Positions 30,488 to 40,371 of a stretch of DNA of 64,000 bases are shown piece by piece; within the stretch, counting starts at the first letter, position 1, and the number at the start of each line of letters is the position of its first letter. Location: the NCBI GenBank assembly GCA_963743525.1, contig CAVUQH010000003.1:1184001-1248000 (forward strand), given 5' to 3'. The translations under genes and the position numbers were made by a program. The stretch comes from an uncultured delta proteobacterium (GTDB lineage: Bacteria; Myxococcota_A; Polyangia; Haliangiales; Haliangiaceae). Below the pieces are notes generated by a model. It had not been told where the DNA came from and did not search any database. It worked only from the letters and a program-made list of their open reading frames with translations.

Positions 30488-31495
30488 TCAGCCCGGCACC
30501 AGTTCGCGCAGGGCCGAGCGCTGGGCGGGCGGCAGGCTGTTCCAGTCGTAGATCGATCCGCCGATGGCGGCCGTGTCCTCGAGTGCCCGTCGGAACGCGC
30601 CCAGGTCGTCGAGTGTGGTCTCGTCGCCGATGCCCCCGACCAGGTGGACCACGGCATCGGGTCGGCCCAGGTCGGCGCGCATCCGTCGCACCGACTCCTC
30701 GGTGTAGGGGTACGGGTCGCGGTAGCCGGAGTCGACCGTGCGGGTGGTCCAGTAGGCCATCGGGAGCCACACGTCGTAGTCGGCGTCGATCGCCCGCCAC
30801 GGGAACTGCGGCCAGTAGCCCGGGTTGATCACCTCGAGCTGGACGGCCGGCGGGACGATGGCGCCGAGCGCCTCGCCCGTGCGGGCATCTCGCAGCCGTC
30901 GCGACAGTTCGACCAGCCGCTGCGACCGCTCCTGGTCGTCGGGTACACCCTGGATGTACTCGATGTCGACGGCGACCCCGTCGAAGCGATGGCCGAACCG
31001 CGAGAACTCGGCCACCGCCGTCAGGCGGTCGAGATCGAGGTCGACATCCACGAACGTGGGCAGGTACCAGCCGACCACGTGCATGCCACGCGCGTGGGCC
31101 CGCACCAGGAACTCGGCCAGCAGGTCCTCCTCGAGGAGTCGACCGGGCGCCCGGTCGTCGGGGCGTGACGCCTGCAGGTACACCGTGCGCACGCCCAGGT
31201 CGGCCCACTGATCGACGGCGTCTGGGGTCACGGCGGGCGCCGCACCCGACTGGTACGAGGGCGAGAAGTCGAACGCGTCGACCCACACGCCCAGGCCGCC
31301 GTAGACGGCCACGTTGCGCGGCGCGGGCTGCTCGGCGCGCAGGAGCCCCATCAGGACACCGGCGGCCTCGGTGTGGGGCTGGTCGTCACCGCCGCCGGCC
31401 GACGCCACCACCAGCCGGAGACCGAAACCGACCAGGAAGACACCGATGCACGCCACCCAGAACCCACGGGGCACCTTGGCGTCGGCGGTGGACAT
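30488..31495 (-). CDS. Membrane-anchored putative TIM-barrel glycoside hydrolase-like protein
   Basis: N-terminal TM; VRTVYLQ, AHARGMHVVGWY, FDGVAVDIEY, WLPMAYW, GGSIYDW. Confidence 0.65.
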   Translation of the reverse strand: MSTADAKVPRGFWVACIGVFLVGFGLRLVVASAGGGDDQPHTEAAGVLMGLLRAEQPAPRNVAVYGGLGVWVDAFDFSPSYQSGAAPAVTPDAVDQWADLGVRTVYLQASRPDDRAPGRLLEEDLLAEFLVRAHARGMHVVGWYLPTFVDVDLDLDRLTAVAEFSRFGHRFDGVAVDIEYIQGVPDDQERSQRLVELSRRLRDARTGEALGAIVPPAVQLEVINPGYWPQFPWRAIDADYDVWLPMAYWTTRTVDSGYRDPYPYTEESVRRMRADLGRPDAVVHLVGGIGDETTLDDLGAFRRALEDTAAIGGSIYDWNSLPPAQRSALRELVPG

Positions 31496-31543
31496 GCCGG
31501 GCGACGGTACCCGCAGGCGTGACGCGCCAGCGCGCGCCGGGAA

Positions 31544-32002
31544 TCAAGCGATGGAGATGCGACCGGGCCAGAACGCGCCCAGGTGCTGGGCGAACTCGGC
31601 GTGCGACGGACCGGCCGTCTCCAACGCCGTGAGCACACCGTGGAGCATGGCCCGGTAGAAGTCGTCACCGTCCTCGCGCACCAGCGGCAGGCCGGTGCGG
31701 GCCCGGCACTCGGTCAGCGCCGTCACGACCCGCTGGAGGGCGTGGAGGTGGTACTCGAGCTCTTCGGGCGCCAGCTCGGCTTCCCAGAGGAACAGTCCGT
31801 CGCGTGGAGCGGCGTCGCGGGCGCAGCGCTCCCACGAGGCCAGGTAGCCCTCGAAGATCTCGCGCACCTCGGGCGTGAAGCAGTCGCCGGGGGCACCCCG
31901 GGCGAACTCGTCCAGAACGCCCCACGCGTGGCTCAGCCACGCGGTGGCGCAGGTGGTTGCCACGGGTCCGATGACCACTCGCACGCCGCGACGTTTGCAC
32001 AT
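31544..32002 (-). CDS. Hypothetical protein
   Basis: Intact 152-aa ORF with protein-like composition. Confidence 0.65.
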   Translation of the reverse strand: MCKRRGVRVVIGPVATTCATAWLSHAWGVLDEFARGAPGDCFTPEVREIFEGYLASWERCARDAAPRDGLFLWEAELAPEELEYHLHALQRVVTALTECRARTGLPLVREDGDDFYRAMLHGVLTALETAGPSHAEFAQHLGAFWPGRISIA

Positions 32003-32046
32003 CGCCCGGTCCGGGGCCAGCCAGACCCAGCCGGCGCGTCGACCGC

Positions 32047-32502
32047 TCAGGGTTCGAGGGCGATCAGCACGTCCTCGACCACCTCGGCCTCGGTGCGGTC
32101 CAGCACCATCGCCGACACCCGGAAGACGGTGAGCAGACCGAGCCAGAGGCCGAACATGGCGTCCTCGACACCGACCCGGGTGATCAGCGCCTCGACCGAC
32201 GGGCGGATCCCGCCGGCGGTGGCGGCGGTCATGGTGAGGGTCTCGGTGAGCAGCTCGATGCGGTCTTCGGGCACGGCGCCGTCGAGGGCCAGGCGGCTGA
32301 CCAGGTCGGGGGCCAGCAACGTCTCCTCGGTCTCGAGCACCATGCGCCGCAGCGCGATCGCGCCGGTGTCGAGCAGCGAATCGCCGACCACGACCGCCGT
32401 GTGCTCGAGGATGGCCTGCTGCAGCATCTGGGCCGCGGCCTGGCCGTCGGCTTCGATCGTCTGCAGCTCGAGGGCCTCACGCAGCTGGTCGCTCAGTTCC
32501 AT
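32047..32502 (-). CDS. Hypothetical protein
   Basis: MELSDQLREALELQ... helical ORF; TATGGT -10 upstream. Confidence 0.65.
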   Translation of the reverse strand: MELSDQLREALELQTIEADGQAAAQMLQQAILEHTAVVVGDSLLDTGAIALRRMVLETEETLLAPDLVSRLALDGAVPEDRIELLTETLTMTAATAGGIRPSVEALITRVGVEDAMFGLWLGLLTVFRVSAMVLDRTEAEVVEDVLIALEP

Positions 32503-32525
32503 GCTGCGGACCATACCGACGCCCG

Positions 32526-33641
32526 CTACGGATGCCGCGACCCGGCAGCGGGGACTTCGGGTGCGGGGACCTCGGGGGCGTCGAGGGCGGCTCGCACCGC
32601 CGGCACCCGGTCGAGCACGGCCACCACGAACACCGCGTAGACGACCCCGTAGATGGCGCCGCCGGGGCCGTAGATCGTGTACCCGACGACGGCGACCACC
32701 CAGATCACCGCCGGGCCCACGGCGACGCCCCACGCGCCGATCTTGTGGTGCAGCCACAGCGCTTCGACCATCTGCAGGACGAACGCCACGGCCAGGATCA
32801 GGACCGCACCCTTCCCGGTCTGCAGGCCACCGGCCAGCGCCACCGCGGGGAGCACACCGAGGAGGATGCCCACGTCGGGCAACATGGCGGCGACGCCGGC
32901 GACGACGCCGAGCACGATCGGCGCCGGCAGGTCGAGCCAGGTGGCTTCTGCCCACACCAGCAGACCCACCGTGCCGCCGAGGGCGAGCAGGGCGCCGACG
33001 GTACGACGGGCGCGGGTGGCGGCGTCGTACAGGGCGGTCAGCACCAACCGCCTGCGGTGGTCGTCGTCGATCCGCTCGACCGCTCCCTCCACGATGCCGG
33101 GTCCGTAGAGCAGGAAGAAGATGGTGAGGATGGCGCTGATGAAGTACACGGGCGCCGTCGGGGCGTTCTCGGCCAGCGTGCCGCTCCCGCTGCCGACCCG
33201 GTTGTCGAGCTCGCGCAAGAACACGTCGACCCGGCCGGAGAGATCCAGATCCTGCATCAGCCGGCCGATCTCGTCGTCGCGGTTCTCCAGCGCCGCGGTG
33301 GCATCGGGAGCCACGTCGCGCAGGCGGGTGACCTCGCGGTCGAGGTCCCGGACGGCGCCGAAGACGAGCGCACCGAGCCCGGCGCCGACGACCAGGAAGG
33401 TGAGGATGACCGCGGCGAGCCGCGGGATGTAGCGCCCGAGACCGTTGACCAGCGGCTCCACCAGCACGGCCACCGCGGCGGCGGCCGCCGCCCACCCGAG
33501 CACCCGGTGTGCCGACACGAACGCGTTGCGCAGGACGAGGAACCCGACGACGGCGGCCACGATGAGCAGCGCGGACCGAGGGGTGATCCGCACCGAGCGG
33601 ACGACGTCGCCGGCATCGGTGATCCGCGACGCCTCCGACAT
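32526..33641 (-). CDS. AI-2E family transporter
   Basis: Multi-TM ORF; ILTIFFLLYG, LPAPIVLGV..LPDVG, QMVEA. Confidence 0.8.
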   Translation of the reverse strand: MSEASRITDAGDVVRSVRITPRSALLIVAAVVGFLVLRNAFVSAHRVLGWAAAAAAVAVLVEPLVNGLGRYIPRLAAVILTFLVVGAGLGALVFGAVRDLDREVTRLRDVAPDATAALENRDDEIGRLMQDLDLSGRVDVFLRELDNRVGSGSGTLAENAPTAPVYFISAILTIFFLLYGPGIVEGAVERIDDDHRRRLVLTALYDAATRARRTVGALLALGGTVGLLVWAEATWLDLPAPIVLGVVAGVAAMLPDVGILLGVLPAVALAGGLQTGKGAVLILAVAFVLQMVEALWLHHKIGAWGVAVGPAVIWVVAVVGYTIYGPGGAIYGVVYAVFVVAVLDRVPAVRAALDAPEVPAPEVPAAGSRHP

Positions 33642-33648
33642 CGGGCCG

Positions 33649-33655
33649 TACGGTA
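33649..33655. promoter_or_regulatory. Overlapping bidirectional -10 elements
   Basis: TACGGT (+) 7 nt before GTG 33662 and TACCGT (-) 8 nt before ATG 33641. Confidence 0.65.
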
Positions 33656-33661
33656 CCGACG

Positions 33662-34833
33662 GTGAGCACCGAGGCGAGGGATGCGCAGACGCCACCGCCC
33701 GGCGACGGGCGCAGCCCCCGACGTCTCGTCCTCGAGCTCGACACCACCTCGGCGCTCATCCTCATCGGCGTCGGCCTGGCGGCGGCCGCCGCCCTGGCCG
33801 TGGTGCACCAGGCGCCGTCGATGCTGGCCCGCATCTTCATCGGGATCGTCCTGGCGCTGGCGCTCGATCCGGTCGTGGTCCGGATCCAGCAGCGCATGCG
33901 CTGGCGCCGGGGCACCGCCGTCGCCCTGGTCGGCACCGTCCTCGGACTTGCGTTCTTCTCGGTGCTGCTCGTCCTCGGTCCACGAGCGATCGATCAGGCG
34001 TCGAGCCTGCGACCGCGACCTGCCCACCACCGTGGAGGACGCCTACTCGTGGCCGATCGTCGGCGACCGCCTGCAGCAGCAGGACGCAGCGCAGCAGGTC
34101 CGTGACGCCATCCGGAACCTGCCATCCGAGCTCAGCGACCGGCAGATCACGCCGGTTCGCCGAGGACCTCCTCGGCGGCCTGCTCACCACCATCGTGGTG
34201 CTGGTGACCGCGGTCGTCGTGATGCTCGACGGCGAGGTCCTGGTCAACCGGATGCGCGCCCTGGTCGACGGCGAACGGCGCGACCGCATCGACAGCGTCG
34301 GCCGGGTCGTCTACCGCACGTTCGGCAACTACTTCGCCGGCTCGCTGTTCGTCGCCATCCTCAACGGCTTCGTCGTCCTCACCCTTGCCCTGGCCCTGGG
34401 TGTTCCACTGGCACCGCTCGCTGCGCTGTGGTCGATGCTCACCAACCTGATCCCCCAGATCGGCGGCTTCCTCGGTGCGTCGTTCCTGGTGCTGCTGGCC
34501 TTCACCCAGGGTCCGGTCACCGCAGCCATCGCGCTGGTGGTGATCGTCGCCTACCAGAACTTCGAGAACAACGTGATCCAGCCGGCGGTGGTGGGGCGGG
34601 CCGTCAACCTCACGCCGCCGACCACGATGCTCGCCGCCCTGGTGGGCGGTGCGGTGGCCGGCATCCCCGGGGCGCTGGTCGCCACGCCCGTCGTGGGCGC
34701 CATCAAGGTGCTCTACCTGCGGGAGGCCGACGGTGCGCCGGTGCCCGACAACGTCCCCGTCGGCACCTTGGGCGCCTCCCGGGGCGGTCGCGGCGTGCTG
34801 CGGCGCACCTGGTCACGCATCGTCGGTCGCTGA
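33662..34833 (+). CDS. AI-2E family transporter (frameshifted)
   Basis: LALALDPVV, NYFAG, NLIPQIGGFLG, YQNFENNVIQP, GIPGALVATP. Confidence 0.88.
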
Positions 34834-35412
34834 GGGCGCGCCGGCCCGGTGGCAGCCGGCGAGATGGTCGTCGACGAGGCCGGCCGACTGCATGAAGGCG
34901 TAGACGATGGTGGGCCCGACGAAGCGGGCACCCCGGCGGCGCAGGGCATCGGCCAGGGCGGCCGACTCGCCGGTGTGGGCAGGGATGTCGTCGATCGTGG
35001 TCAGCGGCTCCTGCCGGGGCGGGGGCGCGAACGACCACACGAGTGCCGACAGCGACGAACCCTCGTCGGCCAGCTCCTGCGCCAACCGGGCCAGCCGGAT
35101 GGTGGCTTCGATCTTCTTGCGGTGGCGGACGATGCCGGCGTCGCCGAGGAGACGCTCGATGTCGGGCTCGTCGTAGGCGGCCACCGTGTCCACGTCGAAG
35201 CCGTCGAAGGCGACCCGGAACGCCTCGCGCTTGCGCAGGATGGTGATCCAGGCCAGCCCGGCCTGGAACGACTCGAGGGCCAGGAGCTCGAAGACGTCGT
35301 GCTCGTCGGTGGTCGGTCGTCCCCACTCGTGGTCGTGGTAGGCGACGTAGAGCGGATCGTCGCCGCACCACCAGCAGCGGGTGACGCCGTCGGATCCGGT
35401 GATCAGGGACAT
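34813..35412 (-). CDS. tag: DNA-3-methyladenine glycosylase I
   Basis: RCWW, YHDHEWG, LESFQAGLAWITILRKR, GIVRHRKKI, FVGPTIVYAFMQSAGLVDDH..C. Confidence 0.93.
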   Translation of the reverse strand: MSLITGSDGVTRCWWCGDDPLYVAYHDHEWGRPTTDEHDVFELLALESFQAGLAWITILRKREAFRVAFDGFDVDTVAAYDEPDIERLLGDAGIVRHRKKIEATIRLARLAQELADEGSSLSALVWSFAPPPRQEPLTTIDDIPAHTGESAALADALRRRGARFVGPTIVYAFMQSAGLVDDHLAGCHRAGAPSATDDA

Positions 35413-35431
35413 GGAAGCCGGTCGAAGCGAG

Positions 35432-36190
35432 TCAGAAAACCGTGTAGCCGCCGTCGGCGACGACCGAGTCGCCGGTGTGCCAGTCGACGGACTTGTCACA
35501 CAGGTAGGCGGCGAGCTTCACGTAGTCGTCGCCGGTGGCCCATCGGCGCACCGGCGTCCGGCTGGTCGTGACCTCGCGGAAGCGCTCGTTCTGGTAGCCG
35601 TCCTCGGCCAGCTCGGTGCGGGTCCAGCCGGGCAGGACGGCGTTGACCCGGATCTTGTGGCGGGCCAGGGCGACGGCGCCGGCGCGCACGAGGCCGAGCA
35701 GCGCCGTCTTCGACGCCCCGTAGTGGGCGTTCATCGCCGCGCCGTGGATGGCCGACGTGGACGACATGGCCACGATGGCGCCGCCCTCGCGCTGCTCGAC
35801 CATCTGCCGGGCGCAGTCGCGGATGGTCAGGAAGGCGCCGTCGAGGTTGACCGCCATCATGCGACGCCACTCGTCGTAGGTGATGTCGAGGAAGCCCACG
35901 GGCCCGGTGGTGCCGGCGTTGGCCACGCAGATGTCGATGCGGCCCAGGCGGTCGACCGTCTCGGCGACGGCGGCGGCCACCGAGGACTCCGCGGCGACGT
36001 CGCAGGACACCGCGATGGCATCCACGCCGTGCCCCTTCAGCTGCTCGACCGCGGCAGCCGACTTGTCGGCGTTGCGGGCCCAGACGGCGACGGCGGCGCC
36101 GGCGCGGGCGCAGCCCTCGGCGAAGCCGAGCCCGATGCCGCCGTTGCCGCCGGTGACCACGGCGACCTGTCCCGAGAGATCGTGGAGCAT
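35432..36190 (-). CDS. SDR family oxidoreductase
   Basis: VTGGNGGIG, ANAG, YGASK, DGGY. Confidence 0.9.
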   Translation of the reverse strand: MLHDLSGQVAVVTGGNGGIGLGFAEGCARAGAAVAVWARNADKSAAAVEQLKGHGVDAIAVSCDVAAESSVAAAVAETVDRLGRIDICVANAGTTGPVGFLDITYDEWRRMMAVNLDGAFLTIRDCARQMVEQREGGAIVAMSSTSAIHGAAMNAHYGASKTALLGLVRAGAVALARHKIRVNAVLPGWTRTELAEDGYQNERFREVTTSRTPVRRWATGDDYVKLAAYLCDKSVDWHTGDSVVADGGYTVF

Positions 36191-36221
36191 GGGTCGTGTC
36201 TACCGCAGCGCCGGCGGGGGA

Positions 36222-36662
36222 CTACGAACGGCCGGCGGCGAGCTTCGAGTAGTCGACGCTCCACCAGCGCTCGGGGCGCATGACGAACTTGAGGCTCTGC
36301 TCGTTGCTGCTCTCGACGTACTCGTCGCCGAGGTCGGGCCCGAAGTAGCGGTGGGCCAACGGCCGGGAGTCCTCCTCGTCGTCGGCGGCGCGGATGGAGA
36401 CGATGGGTCCCTCGACGCTGACGTAGCGGTAGAACGGCGGCGTCTCGTCCTGGACGCACAAGCTGAAGCGCATGGCCTGCTGCAGCAGCCGGCCCTTGAC
36501 GGAGTCTTCAGGGGTGAGCACCCAAAGCTCGGCGCCGGGCCGGTACTGGTACCAGATGGGCACGGTCAGTGGCGGGCCGTCGGGGCGCTCGACGGAGATC
36601 ACGCCGACGTGCACGTCGGCGAGGAACTCCTCACGCTCCTCGACGCTCATCGCCAGGCTCAC
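36222..36662 (-). CDS. Pyridoxamine 5'-phosphate oxidase family (PPOX class, possibly F420-binding)
   Basis: EREEFLA..HVGVIS, PLTVPIWY, FSLCVQDE..YRYVSVEG. Confidence 0.8.
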   Translation of the reverse strand: MSLAMSVEEREEFLADVHVGVISVERPDGPPLTVPIWYQYRPGAELWVLTPEDSVKGRLLQQAMRFSLCVQDETPPFYRYVSVEGPIVSIRAADDEEDSRPLAHRYFGPDLGDEYVESSNEQSLKFVMRPERWWSVDYSKLAAGRS

Positions 36663-37234
36663 GTCGCACCGCCGGGTTCGTTCGTCGAGATGCGCAGGGC
36701 GTCGCGCAGCCGGGCGATCATCTCGTCGTCGAAGTTGGCGTACACCAGCTCGGCACCGGCGAAGCGGTGCACCTCGGCGACCAGGTCGTCCTCGACGATC
36801 TTGCTGGCCAGGATGGCGACCGTGGCCGTGTTGGGCTTGACCGCGTCGCGGAACCAGGCGACCCACTCGTCGGAGATCCCGAGGTCGACGACCTTGGCGG
36901 TGAGAGCGCCGGCGCCGGCGCCGATGGCCGCACCCGCCGCCCAGCCGACCGGACCGCCGAGGATGAGACCGAACAGCCCGGTCCACATGCCTCCCGACAG
37001 CGCGGAACGGCCGGGCTGGGGGTCGATGGTCTCGCGGACCACGGTCTTGCCGCTCTCGTCCTTGTTGACGATGACGGCGTCCTCGAGCACGAGGGAGCCG
37101 TTGGCCTTCAGCCGGGTGACGGCGGTGAGGAACTCCTGGGCCCGGTAGATGTCGGGGAAGGAGACGCCCACCAGCGTCTGGGGGATGATGTCCGGATCCT
37201 TGCCGGCTTTGCTCGCGTCAGAGGTCACGGACAC
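36659..37234 (-). CDS. DUF1269 family membrane protein
   Basis: LEDAVIV, GGMWTGLFGLILGGPVG..GAAIGAGAGAL, DLGISDEW. Confidence 0.8.
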   Translation of the reverse strand: MSVTSDASKAGKDPDIIPQTLVGVSFPDIYRAQEFLTAVTRLKANGSLVLEDAVIVNKDESGKTVVRETIDPQPGRSALSGGMWTGLFGLILGGPVGWAAGAAIGAGAGALTAKVVDLGISDEWVAWFRDAVKPNTATVAILASKIVEDDLVAEVHRFAGAELVYANFDDEMIARLRDALRISTNEPGGAT

Positions 37235-37248
37235 AGACTCCCACGAAC

Positions 37249-38555
37249 TCAACCCTCGCTGTGCGTCACGGCCGGTTCGCCCATCCACTCGCGCAGGGTG
37301 TTCTTGAGCTTGATCTGCTGGATGAAGATGTCGTGCTCGGGGTAGCAGGCCGGGTTCGCCACCATCGGGGCCTTGAAGTAGAAGCTCAGCCACTCCTGGA
37401 CGCCGCGCTCGCCGGCCCGGGCGGCCAGGTCGAAGAAGAGGGCCAGGTCGAGCACCAGCGGGGCGGCCAGGATCGAGTCGCGGCACAGGAAGTTGACCTT
37501 GATCTGCATCGGGTAGCCCATCCACCCGAAGATGTCGATGTTGTCCCAGCCCTCCTTGTTGTCGCCGCGGGGCGGGTAGTAGTTGATCCGCACCACGTGG
37601 TCGATGTTCGCCGTAGAGGTCGGGGTAGGCGTCGGGCTGGAGGATGGTGTCGAGCACGCCGAGCTTGGACACCTCCTTGGACTTGAAGTTCTCGGGGTCG
37701 TCGAGGACCTCGCCGTCGCGGTTGCCCAGGATGTTGGTGGAGTACCAGCCCCGCAGGCCGAGCATGCGGGCCTTGAAGCCGGGCGCCAGGATCGTCTTCA
37801 TCAGCGTCTGGCCGGTCTTGAAGTCCTTGCCGCCGATGGGCACGCCCTCGCGCTGGGCCAGCTCGAGCATGCAGGGCAGGTCGGTGGTGAGGTTGGGCGC
37901 GCCGTTGGCGAACGGGACGCCGCTGAGCAGGGCGGCGTAGGCGTAGATCTGGCTGGGGCTGATCTCGGGGTCGTCGTCGCGCAGGCCCTGCTCGAAGGCC
38001 TCGATGCTCTGGTGCACGCCGGTGGGCTCGCGGTACGCCTCGGTGGAGCGCGCACCACACGATGACCAGGCGGTCGCAGTCGTTCTCGGTGCGGAAGCGC
38101 TCGATGTCGGCCATGAGCTGCTCGGCCAGGTCCATCTTGGTGGCGCCGGTCTTCACGCGGGCGCCGTCGAGCTTGGACACCCACCGCTTGTCGAACACCG
38201 CGTCCATGGCCACGATGCCCTCCATCTCGGCCGGAGATCGAGCGCCAGGTCGCGCTCCTCGAGCACACCCGCCGTGCGGGCCGCCTCGAGGGCGTTGGCC
38301 GAGATCGGGATCCCACCCGCCGAACACCAGGTCGTCGAGCGACGCCAGCGGCACGAAGTCCTTGATGAAGCGGGTTGCGGCCCTCCGCGCGCTCGCCGAG
38401 GCGGATGTGGGCCATCTGGGTGAGCGAGCCGATGGGCGTCTCGCCCGCTCGCGGGCGTCGAGCACCCCGGCGATGAAGGTCGAAGCCACGGCGCCGAGGC
38501 CGGGGAGCAGGACGCCGAGTTTGCCGTCGGCGGGAGCGATCTCACGTGCGGTCAT
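37249..38555 (-). CDS. ino1: Inositol-3-phosphate synthase (frameshifted)
   Basis: GLGAVASTFIAG, FANGAP, GKDFKTGQTLMKT, NILGNRDG, YYPPRGDNKEGWD, CRDSILAAPLVLDL. Confidence 0.92.
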
Positions 38556-38636
38556 GGTCCGATCATACGAAGCGAGCCCGCGACTGACCCCAGGCGGCCG
38601 CCTCACGCCCGCTGGTCACACCACTAGCGTCGTTCC

Positions 38637-40066
38637 ATGCCTCTCGACCTCGACACGGCGTCCGCCCTCGACCTGGCCGCGTCCATCCGGTCCGGGCAGG
38701 TGTCACCCAGCGAGGTGATGGAAGCGACGCTGGCAGCGATCGACGCCCGCAACCGGGCGCTGAACGCGGTCATCTGGCTCGACGAGGACGACGCCCGGGC
38801 GCGGGCACGGGCCGCGACCGAGCGCATCGCCGCCGAGGGCGCCGACGGGCTGCCGCCGTTCTTCGGCGTTCCGCTGCCGGTCAAGGACCTGACCCCCGTC
38901 GCCGGACAGCCGTGCACCCTCGGCTCGGCCGGCGCCGGAGACGAGCCGGCCGAGGAGACGGCGCTGGTGATCGAACGGCTCGTGGACGCCGGGTTCCTGC
39001 TCTGCGGGCGCACCAACTCCCCCGAGTTCGGCACGATCACCGCCACCGAGAACCCCGGTACGGCATCACCCGCAACCCGTGGAACCTCGACCACACGCCG
39101 GGGGGCTCGTCGGGTGGCGCCTCGGCCTCGGTCGCCGGCGGCCTGTTCACCGTGGCCCACGGCGGCGACGGCGGCGGCTCCATCCGCATCCCCGCCAGCT
39201 GCACCGGCCTGGTCGGCCTGAAGACGTCGCGTGGTCGCATCCCGGGGTTGACCGTGTCGTGGGAGGGCGCCGACGTCGAAGGCGTGCTCACCCGCACGGT
39301 CGCCGACACCGCGGCCGTGCTCGACCTGGTCTCGGCTCCCGACCCGCTGAGCTGGTGGAACGCACCGCCGCCGGCCCGCCCGTACGCCGACGAGGTCGGG
39401 GCCGATCCGGGCCGGCTGCGGATCCTGGCCACCAGCGACGCGCCGATGGACCTACCGGTCGATCCCGAGTGCCGCCGGGCCGTCGAGCGCACCGCCGCGC
39501 TGCTCGACAACGCCGGCCACGAGATCGTCGACGCCCCGTTCGACACCTACGCCGGCGAGTTCGCGCCCCACTTCGCCCGCGTCGTCGACGCCGGGCTCGC
39601 CGACAAGCCGGTGGACTGGGACCGCGTGCACCCGTACAACCGGATGGCGCGCGACCGGGCCGCCGCCGTCGACAGCCTCTCGTACGTGGCGTCGGTCGCC
39701 GGGCTCCAGCGCTGGACCCGCAAGCTCGTGGCCCAGTGGGGGCGCGACTTCGACGTGCTGGTGCTGCCCACCATGCCCATCCAGCCGCCCCCGGCCGGCG
39801 AGATGCTGGGCCAGATCGACGAGGACCCGTCGTCGGCACCCACGGCGCTGCTGCCCAGCGTCATCTTCACGTCGATCTTCAACATGAGCGGCCTGCCCGC
39901 CATCTCGCTGCCCGTGCACGTGGCCGGCGACACCGGCCTGCCCGTCGGCGCGCAGCTGGTCGCCCCGCCGTGGCGCGAAGACCTGCTGCTGCGCGTCGCC
40001 GCCCAGGTCGAAGCCGCGCTGCCGGCGTGGGCCGACCGGCGCCCCGACACCGCCACACTGGGCTGA
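38637..40066 (+). CDS. Amidase signature family protein (one frameshift near 39058)
   Basis: GVPLPVKDL, GRTNSPEFG, TRNPW..TPGGSSGG, GDGGGSIRIPAS. Confidence 0.9.
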
Positions 40067-40098
40067 CTCGTACGACTTGGTCCGGATCGTGGCCGGGT

Positions 40099-40371
40099 TC
40101 AGACAGACACCAGGCGCTCGAACACGAACTCGTGCTCGAGCCGACCGGTGACCCGTTCGGCGCCCGGCGCACGGGCGGGCACGGGCGACGCCTGGAGCAG
40201 CCGCCACCCGTCGGCCAGGGCGTCGCTCCCACGCGGGTACGGGGGCGAGCCGGGGAGCTCGGTGTCGCGACGGGCGCCGTCGTGGAACGACCACCCGACC
40301 ACCCGACCGTCGAGCCCCGAGTGCTCGAGGTACAGGAACAGCACCTGCTGGCGCTGGCTCTCGTGGTCCAT
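40099..40371 (-). CDS. Small hypothetical protein coupled to the PhyH gene
   Basis: 90 aa, RQQVLFLYL...VVGWSFHDG...PPYPRGSDALADGWRLLQ...HEFVFER; start overlaps the upstream stop. Confidence 0.7.
   Translation of the reverse strand: MDHESQRQQVLFLYLEHSGLDGRVVGWSFHDGARRDTELPGSPPYPRGSDALADGWRLLQASPVPARAPGAERVTGRLEHEFVFERLVSV

Noticed and set aside
36659..38017. Apparent Ino1-DUF1269 fusion ORF
   Set aside because: An indel near 37610 moves the frame; the Ino1 C-terminus ends at 37249 in another frame
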